Positions 17,959 through 26,525 of a stretch of 43,585 bases of DNA are shown piece by piece. Numbering within the stretch: position 1 is the first letter of the stretch; the number at the start of each line of letters is the position of its first letter. Both the position numbers and the translations under genes were made by a program. The notes beneath the pieces were generated by a model. That model was given only the letters and a program-made list of their open reading frames with translations, was not told where the DNA came from and ran no database searches. Source of the stretch: a virus (lineage: Duplodnaviria; Caudoviricetes); IMG/VR virus record IMGVR_UViG_3300044983_000166, positions 1 to 43,585 of that record. One strand, given 5' to 3'.

Positions 17959-17987
17959 AATATAAACACATTGTGTTTATCAGTCAA
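17959..17987 (-). promoter_or_regulatory. Sigma70-type promoter with the same operator as 1982
   Basis: Minus strand TTGACT-N17-TATATT; inverted repeat ATAAACAC-ATT-GTGTTTAT at 17962-17980. Confidence 0.78.
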
Positions 17988-18030
17988 GCGAGCCGCAGGC
18001 ACCCGGGGAAACAACGGTGTTCCGGAATGG

Positions 18031-18087
18031 CCTACGTCAAGTTTGACGGCGTCTAGTTTGACGTAGAACCGGCCGGCGTGCTAGCCT
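18031..18087 (+). promoter_or_regulatory. Putative late promoter (copy 2)
   Basis: CCTACGTCA-AGTT-TGACG-GCGTCTAGT-TTGACG-N18-TAGCCT, with an extended TGn. Confidence 0.62.
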
Positions 18088-18092
18088 GGGAC

Positions 18093-18302
18093 ATGCTCCA
18101 ATCCGGTCTGCTTTGGGCTGCGGCCCTGGGTGTGTGCGTGACGGGCTGCGGCGCGGCTTTGCCGGCGGCTCAAATCCAATGTCGACTCGCCGCGTTGGAG
18201 GTCCTGCCCGAGGACCCTATGCAGGTGACAGTCTACGATGCTGTGGACGTGGTGGAGCGCCTCCGGGCGTGCGCGGCGCCCAAGGACGGGGGTGTTCCGT
18301 GA
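18093..18302 (+). CDS. Small lipoprotein in the lysis cluster (spanin-like?)
   Basis: Lipobox VTG-C after a hydrophobic leader. Confidence 0.55.
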   Translation: MLQSGLLWAAALGVCVTGCGAALPAAQIQCRLAALEVLPEDPMQVTVYDAVDVVERLRACAAPKDGGVP

Positions 18303-18646
18303 GCGAGCCCGCTCCGCCCTTCGCGCCCGCCGACACCCCGCCGCAGGGCACCCAGCGCCCGCCCACGATGGCGGAGGTGACCCGGCTGACGCGGGACATC
18401 GCCGTTCTGCGCCAGGAGCTCGTCCTGACGCGCGACCGCCTGCCGGGTCCTCCGCCCGAGGGGCAGGATGCTGCGCCCACCAAGACCCAAGCGGTGGCTC
18501 GAGTAGCGGGCGGATCCTCTAAGTGGGTGCTCATCGCGCTCGGGGTACTCGGCGTTGCGGCGCAGGTGGCGGCCCAGTTCAAGCCGGGGCTCGTGTCTCC
18601 CCTGCAGACGCTGATCCAGCTGCTGCAGGCGCTGGGGGGCCAGTGA
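18299..18646 (+). CDS. Membrane protein (holin or spanin candidate)
   Basis: TM segment WVLIALGVLGVAAQVAA; lies next to the endolysin. Confidence 0.55.
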   Translation: MSEPAPPFAPADTPPQGTQRPPTMAEVTRLTRDIAVLRQELVLTRDRLPGPPPEGQDAAPTKTQAVARVAGGSSKWVLIALGVLGVAAQVAAQFKPGLVSPLQTLIQLLQALGGQ

Positions 18647-18855
18647 GCGCGGGCGGCGCCATCGCCGGGCTGCCTCGGGGCTGGGTGGACCAGCTCTGGC
18701 ACGACATGAAGGCCCAGGGCCGCGCCAAGCTGGCGCCGGTGGAGGCCTCGTTTGCCAACGGCCGAGGCATGACCGACGAGCACAAGAAGAAGCTCAGGGA
18801 GGGCCTGCAGCGCTACCACGAGCGGCGGCGTGCGGCGGCACAGGGGGCACGGTGA
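18643..18855 (+). CDS. Small basic hypothetical protein
   Basis: GTGA-coupled; MTDEHKKKLREG resembles a NUMOD-like motif. Confidence 0.5.
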   Translation: MSAGGAIAGLPRGWVDQLWHDMKAQGRAKLAPVEASFANGRGMTDEHKKKLREGLQRYHERRRAAAQGAR

Positions 18856-19295
18856 AGCTCTCGCAGCTAGGGCTTGGTCTCATCGCCAGGCGTGAGCAGC
18901 TGCGCCTGGAGGCCTACCAGGACGGCGGCGGCGTCTGGACCATCGGCTACGGGCACACGGGCGGAGTACACCAGGGCGACGAGTGGACTGCCGACAAGGC
19001 GCTCCGGCAGCTCGCGCTGGACGTGAGCGCCGCCGAGCTCGTGGTGGAGCGCGCGTGCTCGGGAACGGCTTCGAAGCTCGACCAGTACGAGTTCGACGCG
19101 CTGGTGTCGCTCTGCTTCAACATCGGTGGGCATGCGTTCGAGACTTCGACGCTCGTCCAGCTCTGGCACGCGGGCGCTAGCCGGCGCGAGATTGCCAAGC
19201 AGTTCGGGCGCTGGTGCAAGGATAACGGGCAGTACGTCGAAGGGCTGGCGATGCGCCGCGCCTCCGAGGTCTACCAGTTTGCGGGGGGCCAGTGA
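18852..19295 (+). CDS. Endolysin, GH24 phage lysozyme
   Basis: E-x8-D-x5-T catalytic triad in REQLRLEAYQDGGGVWTIGYGHT; FDALVSLCFNIG; GLAMRRASE. Confidence 0.93.
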   Translation: MKLSQLGLGLIARREQLRLEAYQDGGGVWTIGYGHTGGVHQGDEWTADKALRQLALDVSAAELVVERACSGTASKLDQYEFDALVSLCFNIGGHAFETSTLVQLWHAGASRREIAKQFGRWCKDNGQYVEGLAMRRASEVYQFAGGQ

Positions 19296-19504
19296 TCTGG
19301 ACCGCCATTCGCTCCGTGGTGTTCGGAGTCCTGACGGTCGCCGAGGCCATCGTCAACACGTCTAGCCGCGCCCGTCGTATCGGGCGCGCGCTGCTGCCGC
19401 GCCGGCGGGAGGATGCTTCTCCGCTCACCTACAAGGACGTGGAGCACCAGCGCGAGCAGATGCGCAGAGCCACGACCATTCCACCGACCCAGCGTTCGAG
19501 GTGA
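19292..19504 (+). CDS. Small hypothetical protein
   Basis: GTGA-coupled to the lysozyme gene; hydrophobic N-terminus. Confidence 0.55.
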   Translation: MIWTAIRSVVFGVLTVAEAIVNTSSRARRIGRALLPRRREDASPLTYKDVEHQREQMRRATTIPPTQRSR

Positions 19505-19507
19505 GCT

Positions 19508-22504
19508 GTGCCCGTCGAACTGGCCAACATCCCGATCAACAGCGGCGCGCGCGAGGACATCGACTCCAAGCTCCTGCCGCAGGGCGTATTCAAGTCGATC
19601 CAGAACGGGCGCTTGCGCAAGGAGGGCGAGCTCGGCGTACGCTACGGCTACCGAGCTCTCACGCAGGCCGGCGTCCCCAGCGGCACGATGCGCGCTTTCG
19701 ACGTGGTCTCCCACAACGAGCGCCTGTTGGCCTTCGGAACCACCAACGCGAGCGCGGGCGGACCTGAGAAGATCTTCACGTTCAGCGAAGAGACCAGCAA
19801 GTGGGTGCCCGAGGACACCGGCACCCGACCGCGCGCGTTCAGCGCCATCTCCGAACTCACCCAGGTGTTCCGCCCGCCGTTCGTGAAAACGGACGAGGCG
19901 CAGCTGTACGACATCGCCTACGCCAACGGGCACGTTGCCCTGGTGTTCGAGGGGCACGCAACGGAGGGGAACGTCTATGTCCACATCTTCGAACCTGTCA
20001 GCGGAGCGGTCCTGTTTTCAGCCACCGTGGCTTCTCGCGACCGACCTCGAGTTGTGGGCGTGGGCTCGGTGTTCGTGTTTGCGTGGCGTGACTCGACTGT
20101 CGGAGGAACCGTCAAGGCTTGCACGTTCACGGTGGGCACCAGCACTGCCCTTTCCGCCGAAACCGTCCTGCACAACACCGGTACTGTCGGAGACGGAATC
20201 GACCTTGCTCCAGTCTCGGGCGCTAGCGAGTTTCTTCTACTCGTCGTCCGGAGCGACACCAATGTCTGCACTATCCGGCGTTGCACTACCGGGCTGGCGG
20301 TGTCAGCAACGGGAACGCTCACGGATACCGACGTTTCTCTGGGAAGCGTGGTCAGTGTCAGCGGTGGGCGGACGACGGTCGCATACGTGCGTACGGGTGG
20401 AACTTACCGCGCCGAGTCCTTCACCACCAGCACGCTCGCCAGCGCCGTTGCTCCTGCGGCCCTGTTCGGTGGTTCCACGGGGTCCCGTCCACCCGGCATC
20501 GTCCGCAAGAACAGCACGCAACTGGTTATCAGCGCGAGCATCCCGGACACCATCGACAGCCAGCTGAAGGTTGATCTGCGCACCGAAACGACGCTGGCTC
20601 TGGTCGGCAGCACGGGCACGTTCCGCGAGGTATCATGTCAGAGCAAGCCGTTCGTTTCCCCCGACGCGCAATTTGTTGGAGTCATTTCGCCGCACGGCGA
20701 GGGCGGATTGACCAGCTTTACCGGCATCTTCGACGTGGAGAACGGCCGGGGCTACGAGTGCGCGCACAACCGCGGTTTCGCAGTCGACGCGCTCGCTACC
20801 TGGCTTGGCTCGGTTGCCACTGACGGGACCAGCTTCTGGGCGGTGTTCCCCGTTACCGATCTGAACTGCGCGAACATGCCCGTGGTGATGCAGTTCCGCG
20901 CCATGAGCCCCGAGCGGCGCAGCACGGCGAGCCTCGGGGGTAACCTCTACATCGCTGGTGGTTACGTCAGCGTCTGGGACGGCGTGCGCAATGTGGAGGC
21001 GGGCTACTTCGACGCGCCGATCATCCAGAGCGCCACGCCGAGCACAGCCGCGGGCGCGCTCACCCCGCTCTCGCTCTACACCTACGCGGTGGCCTTCGAT
21101 TGGTACGACACCACGGGCAAGCGCCACCTGTCGCCCGTCTCCGACGATTTCCCCGTAACGATGGCCGCCGGCAACAACACCGTGACGCTGGTGGTCAGCA
21201 CGCCCAAGAGCGTGCGCGTGGCGGCCGGCGGAGACCGCGCTGCCAAGGTCATCGTGTACCGCACGAAGGTGGCGCCGGACCGGACGAAGCGGCGCAGCGT
21301 GTTCGAATTCCCCAACGGCACCTTTGCCCAGTCGGTCAGCATCGTTGACCTGGCGAGCGACACGGAGATCTCGACCCAGGAGGTCATCTACACTCAGGGC
21401 GCTCGCGGAACGCTCTCGGGACCGCTGCAGCACGAGGCGGCGTTTCCCACCCAGTACCTGTCCCCCGGGCGCGAGCGCATCACCGGCGGCGGGCTGCCCG
21501 ATCCGAGCCAGTGGCAGCGCAGCAAGCGCGCGTTCCCCGACGAGCCGATCGAGTGGAGCGGTCACCCGGGTCACTTCGGCACCGTGACGGGCCGCATCAC
21601 CGACGTTTTCAGCCAGGACGATCAGGAGTATGTCGCTACCAAAGATCAGATATTTCTCGTTGGTGGAGTGGGTCCGGATGACTCGGGAGCTGGCGAATTC
21701 GACGCCCCCCGAGAGCTCCCCGGAGACGCAGTGGGTGTTGTTGACGGCCGTGCTCGACTACTCACCTCCAAAGGAACTTGGATTCAAGCCTTTCCAGATC
21801 GAATGTATCTCCTGCCTCGAGGGGGAGGAAACGCTCAATGGCTTAGCCAGCCAGTGCGCGATACTCTCGCGGCGTTTCCCCGAATCGTTGGATCCGCCAT
21901 CTGCGGAGTCGACGACACCGCCGTGTGGGCCTGCAACGACGCCGCCAGCACAGATCGCCGCCTAGTCTGCCTCGACCTGCGCACGGGCGACTGGTACGTG
22001 GACGTGCTCACCGAGCTGCCGGCGGGAGTCATCCAGGCCATCTGCGCGCACCAGGGCCGAATCCAAATCGTCATCGGCAACATCGTGTACCGGCAGGACG
22101 CCACGTTTCCAGCCAGCGCGTTTATCTCGATGCAGGTCATCACCGGAAGCATCGTGATCGGCACGGGCACCGAGGGCTACGGCAAGCTCAAGCGCTTCAT
22201 CACCACGGGCAAGCACAAGGCGCGGCACAACATCGAGGGCACGGTCAGCTTCGACGATGGCGTTACCTTCGGCACGGCGGGCCAGTGCGTGGCTGCGCCG
22301 GTCACAGTCAACGCTGGATTCAGCGCGGGCGATACGGTGAGCAAGACGTGGGCGCCCAAGCGCCGCAAGGGCGATCGGGTCGTGCTCAAAATCGTGCAGA
22401 CCGCCGACTCTGCAGTGGCATCTGAGGGTGAGACACTCTCCAACATCCAGCTCGAGATCATCCGCAAGCGCAAGGCGCGGCGCTCGAGCGCGAAAGGTAC
22501 GTGA
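19508..22504 (+). CDS. Tail nozzle / stabilisation protein (P22 gp10 / T7 gp12-like)
   Basis: 998 aa, beta-propeller-like; N-terminal DSKLLP...NGRL..GEL..RYG; precedes the ejection proteins. Confidence 0.68.
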   Translation: MPVELANIPINSGAREDIDSKLLPQGVFKSIQNGRLRKEGELGVRYGYRALTQAGVPSGTMRAFDVVSHNERLLAFGTTNASAGGPEKIFTFSEETSKWVPEDTGTRPRAFSAISELTQVFRPPFVKTDEAQLYDIAYANGHVALVFEGHATEGNVYVHIFEPVSGAVLFSATVASRDRPRVVGVGSVFVFAWRDSTVGGTVKACTFTVGTSTALSAETVLHNTGTVGDGIDLAPVSGASEFLLLVVRSDTNVCTIRRCTTGLAVSATGTLTDTDVSLGSVVSVSGGRTTVAYVRTGGTYRAESFTTSTLASAVAPAALFGGSTGSRPPGIVRKNSTQLVISASIPDTIDSQLKVDLRTETTLALVGSTGTFREVSCQSKPFVSPDAQFVGVISPHGEGGLTSFTGIFDVENGRGYECAHNRGFAVDALATWLGSVATDGTSFWAVFPVTDLNCANMPVVMQFRAMSPERRSTASLGGNLYIAGGYVSVWDGVRNVEAGYFDAPIIQSATPSTAAGALTPLSLYTYAVAFDWYDTTGKRHLSPVSDDFPVTMAAGNNTVTLVVSTPKSVRVAAGGDRAAKVIVYRTKVAPDRTKRRSVFEFPNGTFAQSVSIVDLASDTEISTQEVIYTQGARGTLSGPLQHEAAFPTQYLSPGRERITGGGLPDPSQWQRSKRAFPDEPIEWSGHPGHFGTVTGRITDVFSQDDQEYVATKDQIFLVGGVGPDDSGAGEFDAPRELPGDAVGVVDGRARLLTSKGTWIQAFPDRMYLLPRGGGNAQWLSQPVRDTLAAFPRIVGSAICGVDDTAVWACNDAASTDRRLVCLDLRTGDWYVDVLTELPAGVIQAICAHQGRIQIVIGNIVYRQDATFPASAFISMQVITGSIVIGTGTEGYGKLKRFITTGKHKARHNIEGTVSFDDGVTFGTAGQCVAAPVTVNAGFSAGDTVSKTWAPKRRKGDRVVLKIVQTADSAVASEGETLSNIQLEIIRKRKARRSSAKGT

Positions 22505-24498
22505 TGGCAGTCAACCCGTATGACGCTAACCAGAGCGATTTCCTCGGCGAGGGCACCGCGTTTCCGGCGATGGCCCCGCAGCAGAACCTGACGCCGCTGC
22601 AGCAGCAGGAATCGGACCTGGCGCGCAGAAACTTCAACGCTGTGCAGAACAACGTGCCCTACGGCACGCCTGCTTCGCAGGGCGGAACGGCCACCACGTG
22701 GCAGCAGCAGACCTATGCGCCGGGCACGGCTGCCGGAAGGCCAATCCCGGGCGGAGTCATCTCGCGCCCGCAAGACGCGCAGGGCAACCCGCAAAACCTG
22801 TCCGTGTACGAGAACACCACGGGTTCCAATGCGGGGCAGGGGTCGTATGACGCCCGGGTAGCCGTCAACGGTGGCAACCAGAAACCGGGCGGATACGCCG
22901 TAAACATGGGCATGGCGGGAGCGGATCCGACTGGGCTTCTCAGTGGCAGCGCAGCGGGTGGTGGAGCGGGCCCGCTCGGACTCGCCGATCAGGTGCAGTC
23001 CGCGCGCACCACGGGCGCCAACTTCGTCAACTACGGAAACCAGGCGCTGCAGAACACGCAGAAGCAGGCCAATAGCCTGCTCGCCCAAGGGCAGGCCTTC
23101 AGCCCACAGGCGCCGCAGATCGCGAGTTCGTTCGGCGTAGGCCAGCGCGCGGCCGCTCCGGGCATGGTCGATCCCAGCCAGATCGGAGCGCTCAACACCA
23201 ACGTGGCGGGACAGCTCGGCAAGGCTCCGACCATCGCGGCGGTGGGCAACGTGGCCGGCAAGCTCGGGGCCGCTCCGCAGGTGAACGGAGCCAATGTGGG
23301 CATGGTGCAGACGGGGGCAGCGCCCGGCTCGGTGACGCCGCAGCTGGGCAGCCTGGGAGCATCCAACGCCGACCAGCAGGGCATGCTCTCGCGCATCAAC
23401 GGCTTTCTGGACGCGCCGCAGGGCCCCAGCGTCGCCCAGGCGCAGCTGCAGCAGTCGCAAGCCAACAACATGGCGGACCTCATCGGCGCGGCTCGCTCGG
23501 GGCGCGGTGGCGCCGGTAGCCAGGCACAGGCGCTGCGCGAGGCACAGAGCGCAGGCAGCGCCATCATGAGCGACACCGCCGGGCAGGCGGCGACCCTCCG
23601 AGCTCAGGAGGAGGACATGATCAAGAACCGCCAGCTGAACGCGATCGGCCTAGGGGGCCAGATGGCGACGGCGCAGCGCGGGCAGGACCTCGGCTACCGA
23701 GGGCAAGACTTGGCCGCGCTCCAGGGCGATCAGGCTACGGCGCTCGGGGCGCGCGGCCAGGACCTGACCGGGTCCATGGCGAACCAAGGGACGCAGCTAG
23801 GGCTCGAGCAGCTGCGCGGGCAGCTGGGGCTCGGAGCTCGGGGCCAGGACCTGTCTGCCCTCCAGGGCGACCAGGGCACCCAGGCGCAGCTCGCCACCGC
23901 CCGGGGGCAGCTCAGCCTGGGAGCTCGCGGGCAGAACCTCAGCGCGCTGCAGGGAGACCAAGGCGCGCAGCTCGGCGCCAGAGGTCAGAACCTGAGCGCT
24001 CTGCAGGGCAACCAGGGGACCGAGCTCGGGGCGCGCGGGCAGGACGTGCAGGCGCGCGCGCAGGACCTCGGGGCGCTCACCGGAGACGCCGATCGTGGGC
24101 TTGCCGCGCAGCAGCTCGGACTGCAGGGGCAGCTGGGGCTGTCTGGGCTCGGTCTCCAGGCGCAGGGGCAAGGCCTGCAGGCGAGCGCTCAGCAGAACGC
24201 GCTGGGGCTCGGCGCCGAGGGCATGGCGCAGGACGCCATCAACCAGGCGAACCGCAACAACTCGCAGCAGTCGATCGCGACCGACGCCAACGCTGCGCAG
24301 CTCGCGGCGCAGCAGGCCGCCATCAAAGCTCGCCCCAGCTTTTGGGAACAGCTCGCGCTGAACGCCACCGGCAGCATTGGAAACGCGCTCGGCGGTGGCA
24401 TCGTGGGCAGCATCTTCTCGCCGAGCCAGCAGGCTCCCGCTCCGGCCGCTCCCAGCTACAACCCGGGCCCCTACGGCGGCGCGGGCGGAGTGTACTGA
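22504..24498 (+). CDS. Ejection / DNA-transfer protein with RGQD/N repeats
   Basis: Gln/Gly/Ala-rich; about 7 repeats of (A)RGQ(D/N)LxALQGDQ; hydrophobic C-terminal segment. Confidence 0.7.
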   Translation: MAVNPYDANQSDFLGEGTAFPAMAPQQNLTPLQQQESDLARRNFNAVQNNVPYGTPASQGGTATTWQQQTYAPGTAAGRPIPGGVISRPQDAQGNPQNLSVYENTTGSNAGQGSYDARVAVNGGNQKPGGYAVNMGMAGADPTGLLSGSAAGGGAGPLGLADQVQSARTTGANFVNYGNQALQNTQKQANSLLAQGQAFSPQAPQIASSFGVGQRAAAPGMVDPSQIGALNTNVAGQLGKAPTIAAVGNVAGKLGAAPQVNGANVGMVQTGAAPGSVTPQLGSLGASNADQQGMLSRINGFLDAPQGPSVAQAQLQQSQANNMADLIGAARSGRGGAGSQAQALREAQSAGSAIMSDTAGQAATLRAQEEDMIKNRQLNAIGLGGQMATAQRGQDLGYRGQDLAALQGDQATALGARGQDLTGSMANQGTQLGLEQLRGQLGLGARGQDLSALQGDQGTQAQLATARGQLSLGARGQNLSALQGDQGAQLGARGQNLSALQGNQGTELGARGQDVQARAQDLGALTGDADRGLAAQQLGLQGQLGLSGLGLQAQGQGLQASAQQNALGLGAEGMAQDAINQANRNNSQQSIATDANAAQLAAQQAAIKARPSFWEQLALNATGSIGNALGGGIVGSIFSPSQQAPAPAAPSYNPGPYGGAGGVY

Positions 24499-26525
24499 TG
24501 GCCGAAATCACGGGCTTCACTCCGGATGACGACTTTTCCGGCTGGGACGACGAGGACGGTACGGCCACGGGCATGTACCACTACGACGACGGGACCTCGA
24601 GACGGGGCCAGCTGCCGGCGGAGTTCGCGGCGCAGTTCGCCAAGCCAGCCGCGCCCAAGGCAGCAGACCAGACGCCCCGTCCGGAGGCGCCGGCGCCAGC
24701 CGCGCCGCAAGCGGCCACTGGCAGCGACCAGTCCGCCTACGACACCTGGGAGCAGCAGCAGATCGAGCGCGAGCGCGCCGGAAAGCCGCTGAGCATTGCG
24801 ATCCCGAAGGAGAGCAGGATCGCCTACGTCCACAACAACCCCGGAAACCTGAAGTACGCCGGGCAGGAGGGCGCGCACGAGGGCGAGCCGGCGGAGGACG
24901 GCGGGCACTGGGCAGCGTTCGAGACTCCCGAGGCGGGATACCAAGCACTGCACCACCAGATCCAGACGGACGCCGATCGTGGCCTGAGCCTCGGGCAGTT
25001 CATCACGAAGTATGCGCCGCCCAAGAGCAACGACACGGCGGGTTACATCGACAGCGCGAGCAAGGCGCTCGGCGGCACTCCGGACCAGCCGATCGCGAGC
25101 ATGAACCGGGAGCGCCTGGCGCGCTTCATGGCGCAGCACGAAAGCAGCACCACGATCGGCGGCGTCACCCCCGAGGCGCAGGCGAGCGCCACCGCTCCGC
25201 AGGCGCAGTACCCGGGCATCAGCGGATCTCTGCCGCCCAGCGTGGGCGGATTGGACATGGCGGAGGCGGACCTGAACGGCGCTCCGCTCACCCGCGATCA
25301 ACTCGAGCAGCGCCAGCGCAGCGTGATGGACACGACGCACATGCAGATGGCCGCCCAGCAGCAGGCGGCCGCCGCGCGCATCCAGGGTCGCGACGAGGCA
25401 ATGGCAGCGGTCACCGCCAACTTCCAGGACCAGCAGCAGAACCAACAGCGCCAGCTCGCCGAGGCGCAGGCCATCAAGGCCGAGGCGGCCAACAACATCC
25501 ACCAGACGATGGCGACACAGCTCGATGGCGGGCGCCTGTTCAAGAACATGTCGGGCGGCTCGATGTTGCTCGGTCTGTTCGCCGTCGCGCTCTCCGCCGC
25601 TGGACAGACGCTGCAGCAGCGCAGTGGCAACACGGGCGCGCAGAACATGGGTCTGCAAATGATGACCAAGGCGATCGACGATGACCTAGAGGACCAAAAG
25701 GGCAACAAGCAGAGCCGGCTTGCTTACTGGACTCGGGTTTACGGCAACGCAGAGCAGGGCATCGCGGCGACCAAGGCTGAGATCTACAACGCGAGCGCTC
25801 AGCATCTGCAGGCCAAGGCTCAGACCACCGTGCAGAACGCGGACATTCAGGCCGGCGCCATCCAGCAGGCAGGCGAGCTTGCGGCGCTCGGGCAGAAGGA
25901 AGCCGAGAAGCTGCAGCAGATCGAGGAGCAGAAGCTGCAGATCAAGTACGCGGCGCCCAAGCCGGTGAGCGGCGCGCAGATGGCGGATCAACTCAAGTCG
26001 AAGCTCGAGGCGCGCGCGCAGCTGGTCAAGCAGAACGCTTCGGCGGAGGTGCTCAAGGCCTACGACCAGCAGAACGGTCTGCCCGACCTAGGACCGAAGC
26101 CGGTGGTGGAGCCCAAGTACAACCGCGACCAGGCGCGCCTGCTCGCCACGAACGAGGACGCCACGGCCAAGCTGCAGGACTACGCGCGACTGCGCGGCTT
26201 CTACTACGACAAGAAGAACGACCGGTTTATCGGCACGGGCTCCAGCAACCGGCTGTTGCCTGACGCCATGGACAAGCAGAACGCAGAGATCGCTCAGAAC
26301 GTGGACAGCATTGCGCCCATCATCGGACTCATCCAGGGCGGAGGTCTCAAGTCGCACGTGGACGAGATCGAGACCATCCAGCACGGTCTCAAGTCGAGCT
26401 CCAACAACGTCGCGCTGGCAGCCCTAAACCAGCACTGGCAGGCGCTCCGGAACGTCATCAAGGGCGTACGCAACTACCCCAGCGGCGCCGAGCAAGAGAG
26501 CCCGGACGAGGCGGCGCCCCAATGA
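24498..26525 (+). CDS. Ejection protein with a lysozyme-like (NNPGNL) domain
   Basis: HNNPGNLK...FETPEAGY..KYAPPKSNDTAGYI...MAQHES; a TM segment; coiled coils. Confidence 0.72.
   Translation: MAEITGFTPDDDFSGWDDEDGTATGMYHYDDGTSRRGQLPAEFAAQFAKPAAPKAADQTPRPEAPAPAAPQAATGSDQSAYDTWEQQQIERERAGKPLSIAIPKESRIAYVHNNPGNLKYAGQEGAHEGEPAEDGGHWAAFETPEAGYQALHHQIQTDADRGLSLGQFITKYAPPKSNDTAGYIDSASKALGGTPDQPIASMNRERLARFMAQHESSTTIGGVTPEAQASATAPQAQYPGISGSLPPSVGGLDMAEADLNGAPLTRDQLEQRQRSVMDTTHMQMAAQQQAAAARIQGRDEAMAAVTANFQDQQQNQQRQLAEAQAIKAEAANNIHQTMATQLDGGRLFKNMSGGSMLLGLFAVALSAAGQTLQQRSGNTGAQNMGLQMMTKAIDDDLEDQKGNKQSRLAYWTRVYGNAEQGIAATKAEIYNASAQHLQAKAQTTVQNADIQAGAIQQAGELAALGQKEAEKLQQIEEQKLQIKYAAPKPVSGAQMADQLKSKLEARAQLVKQNASAEVLKAYDQQNGLPDLGPKPVVEPKYNRDQARLLATNEDATAKLQDYARLRGFYYDKKNDRFIGTGSSNRLLPDAMDKQNAEIAQNVDSIAPIIGLIQGGGLKSHVDEIETIQHGLKSSSNNVALAALNQHWQALRNVIKGVRNYPSGAEQESPDEAAPQ

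Noticed and set aside
18007-18024. Additional operator copy GAAACAACGGTGTTCC
   Set aside because: Spacing and half-sites differ from TAAACAC-N3-GTGTTTA; at most a weak site.
23660-24090. CRISPR-like regular repeats
   Set aside because: The repeats are degenerate, in frame and explained by protein repeats; there are no unique spacers and no cas genes.
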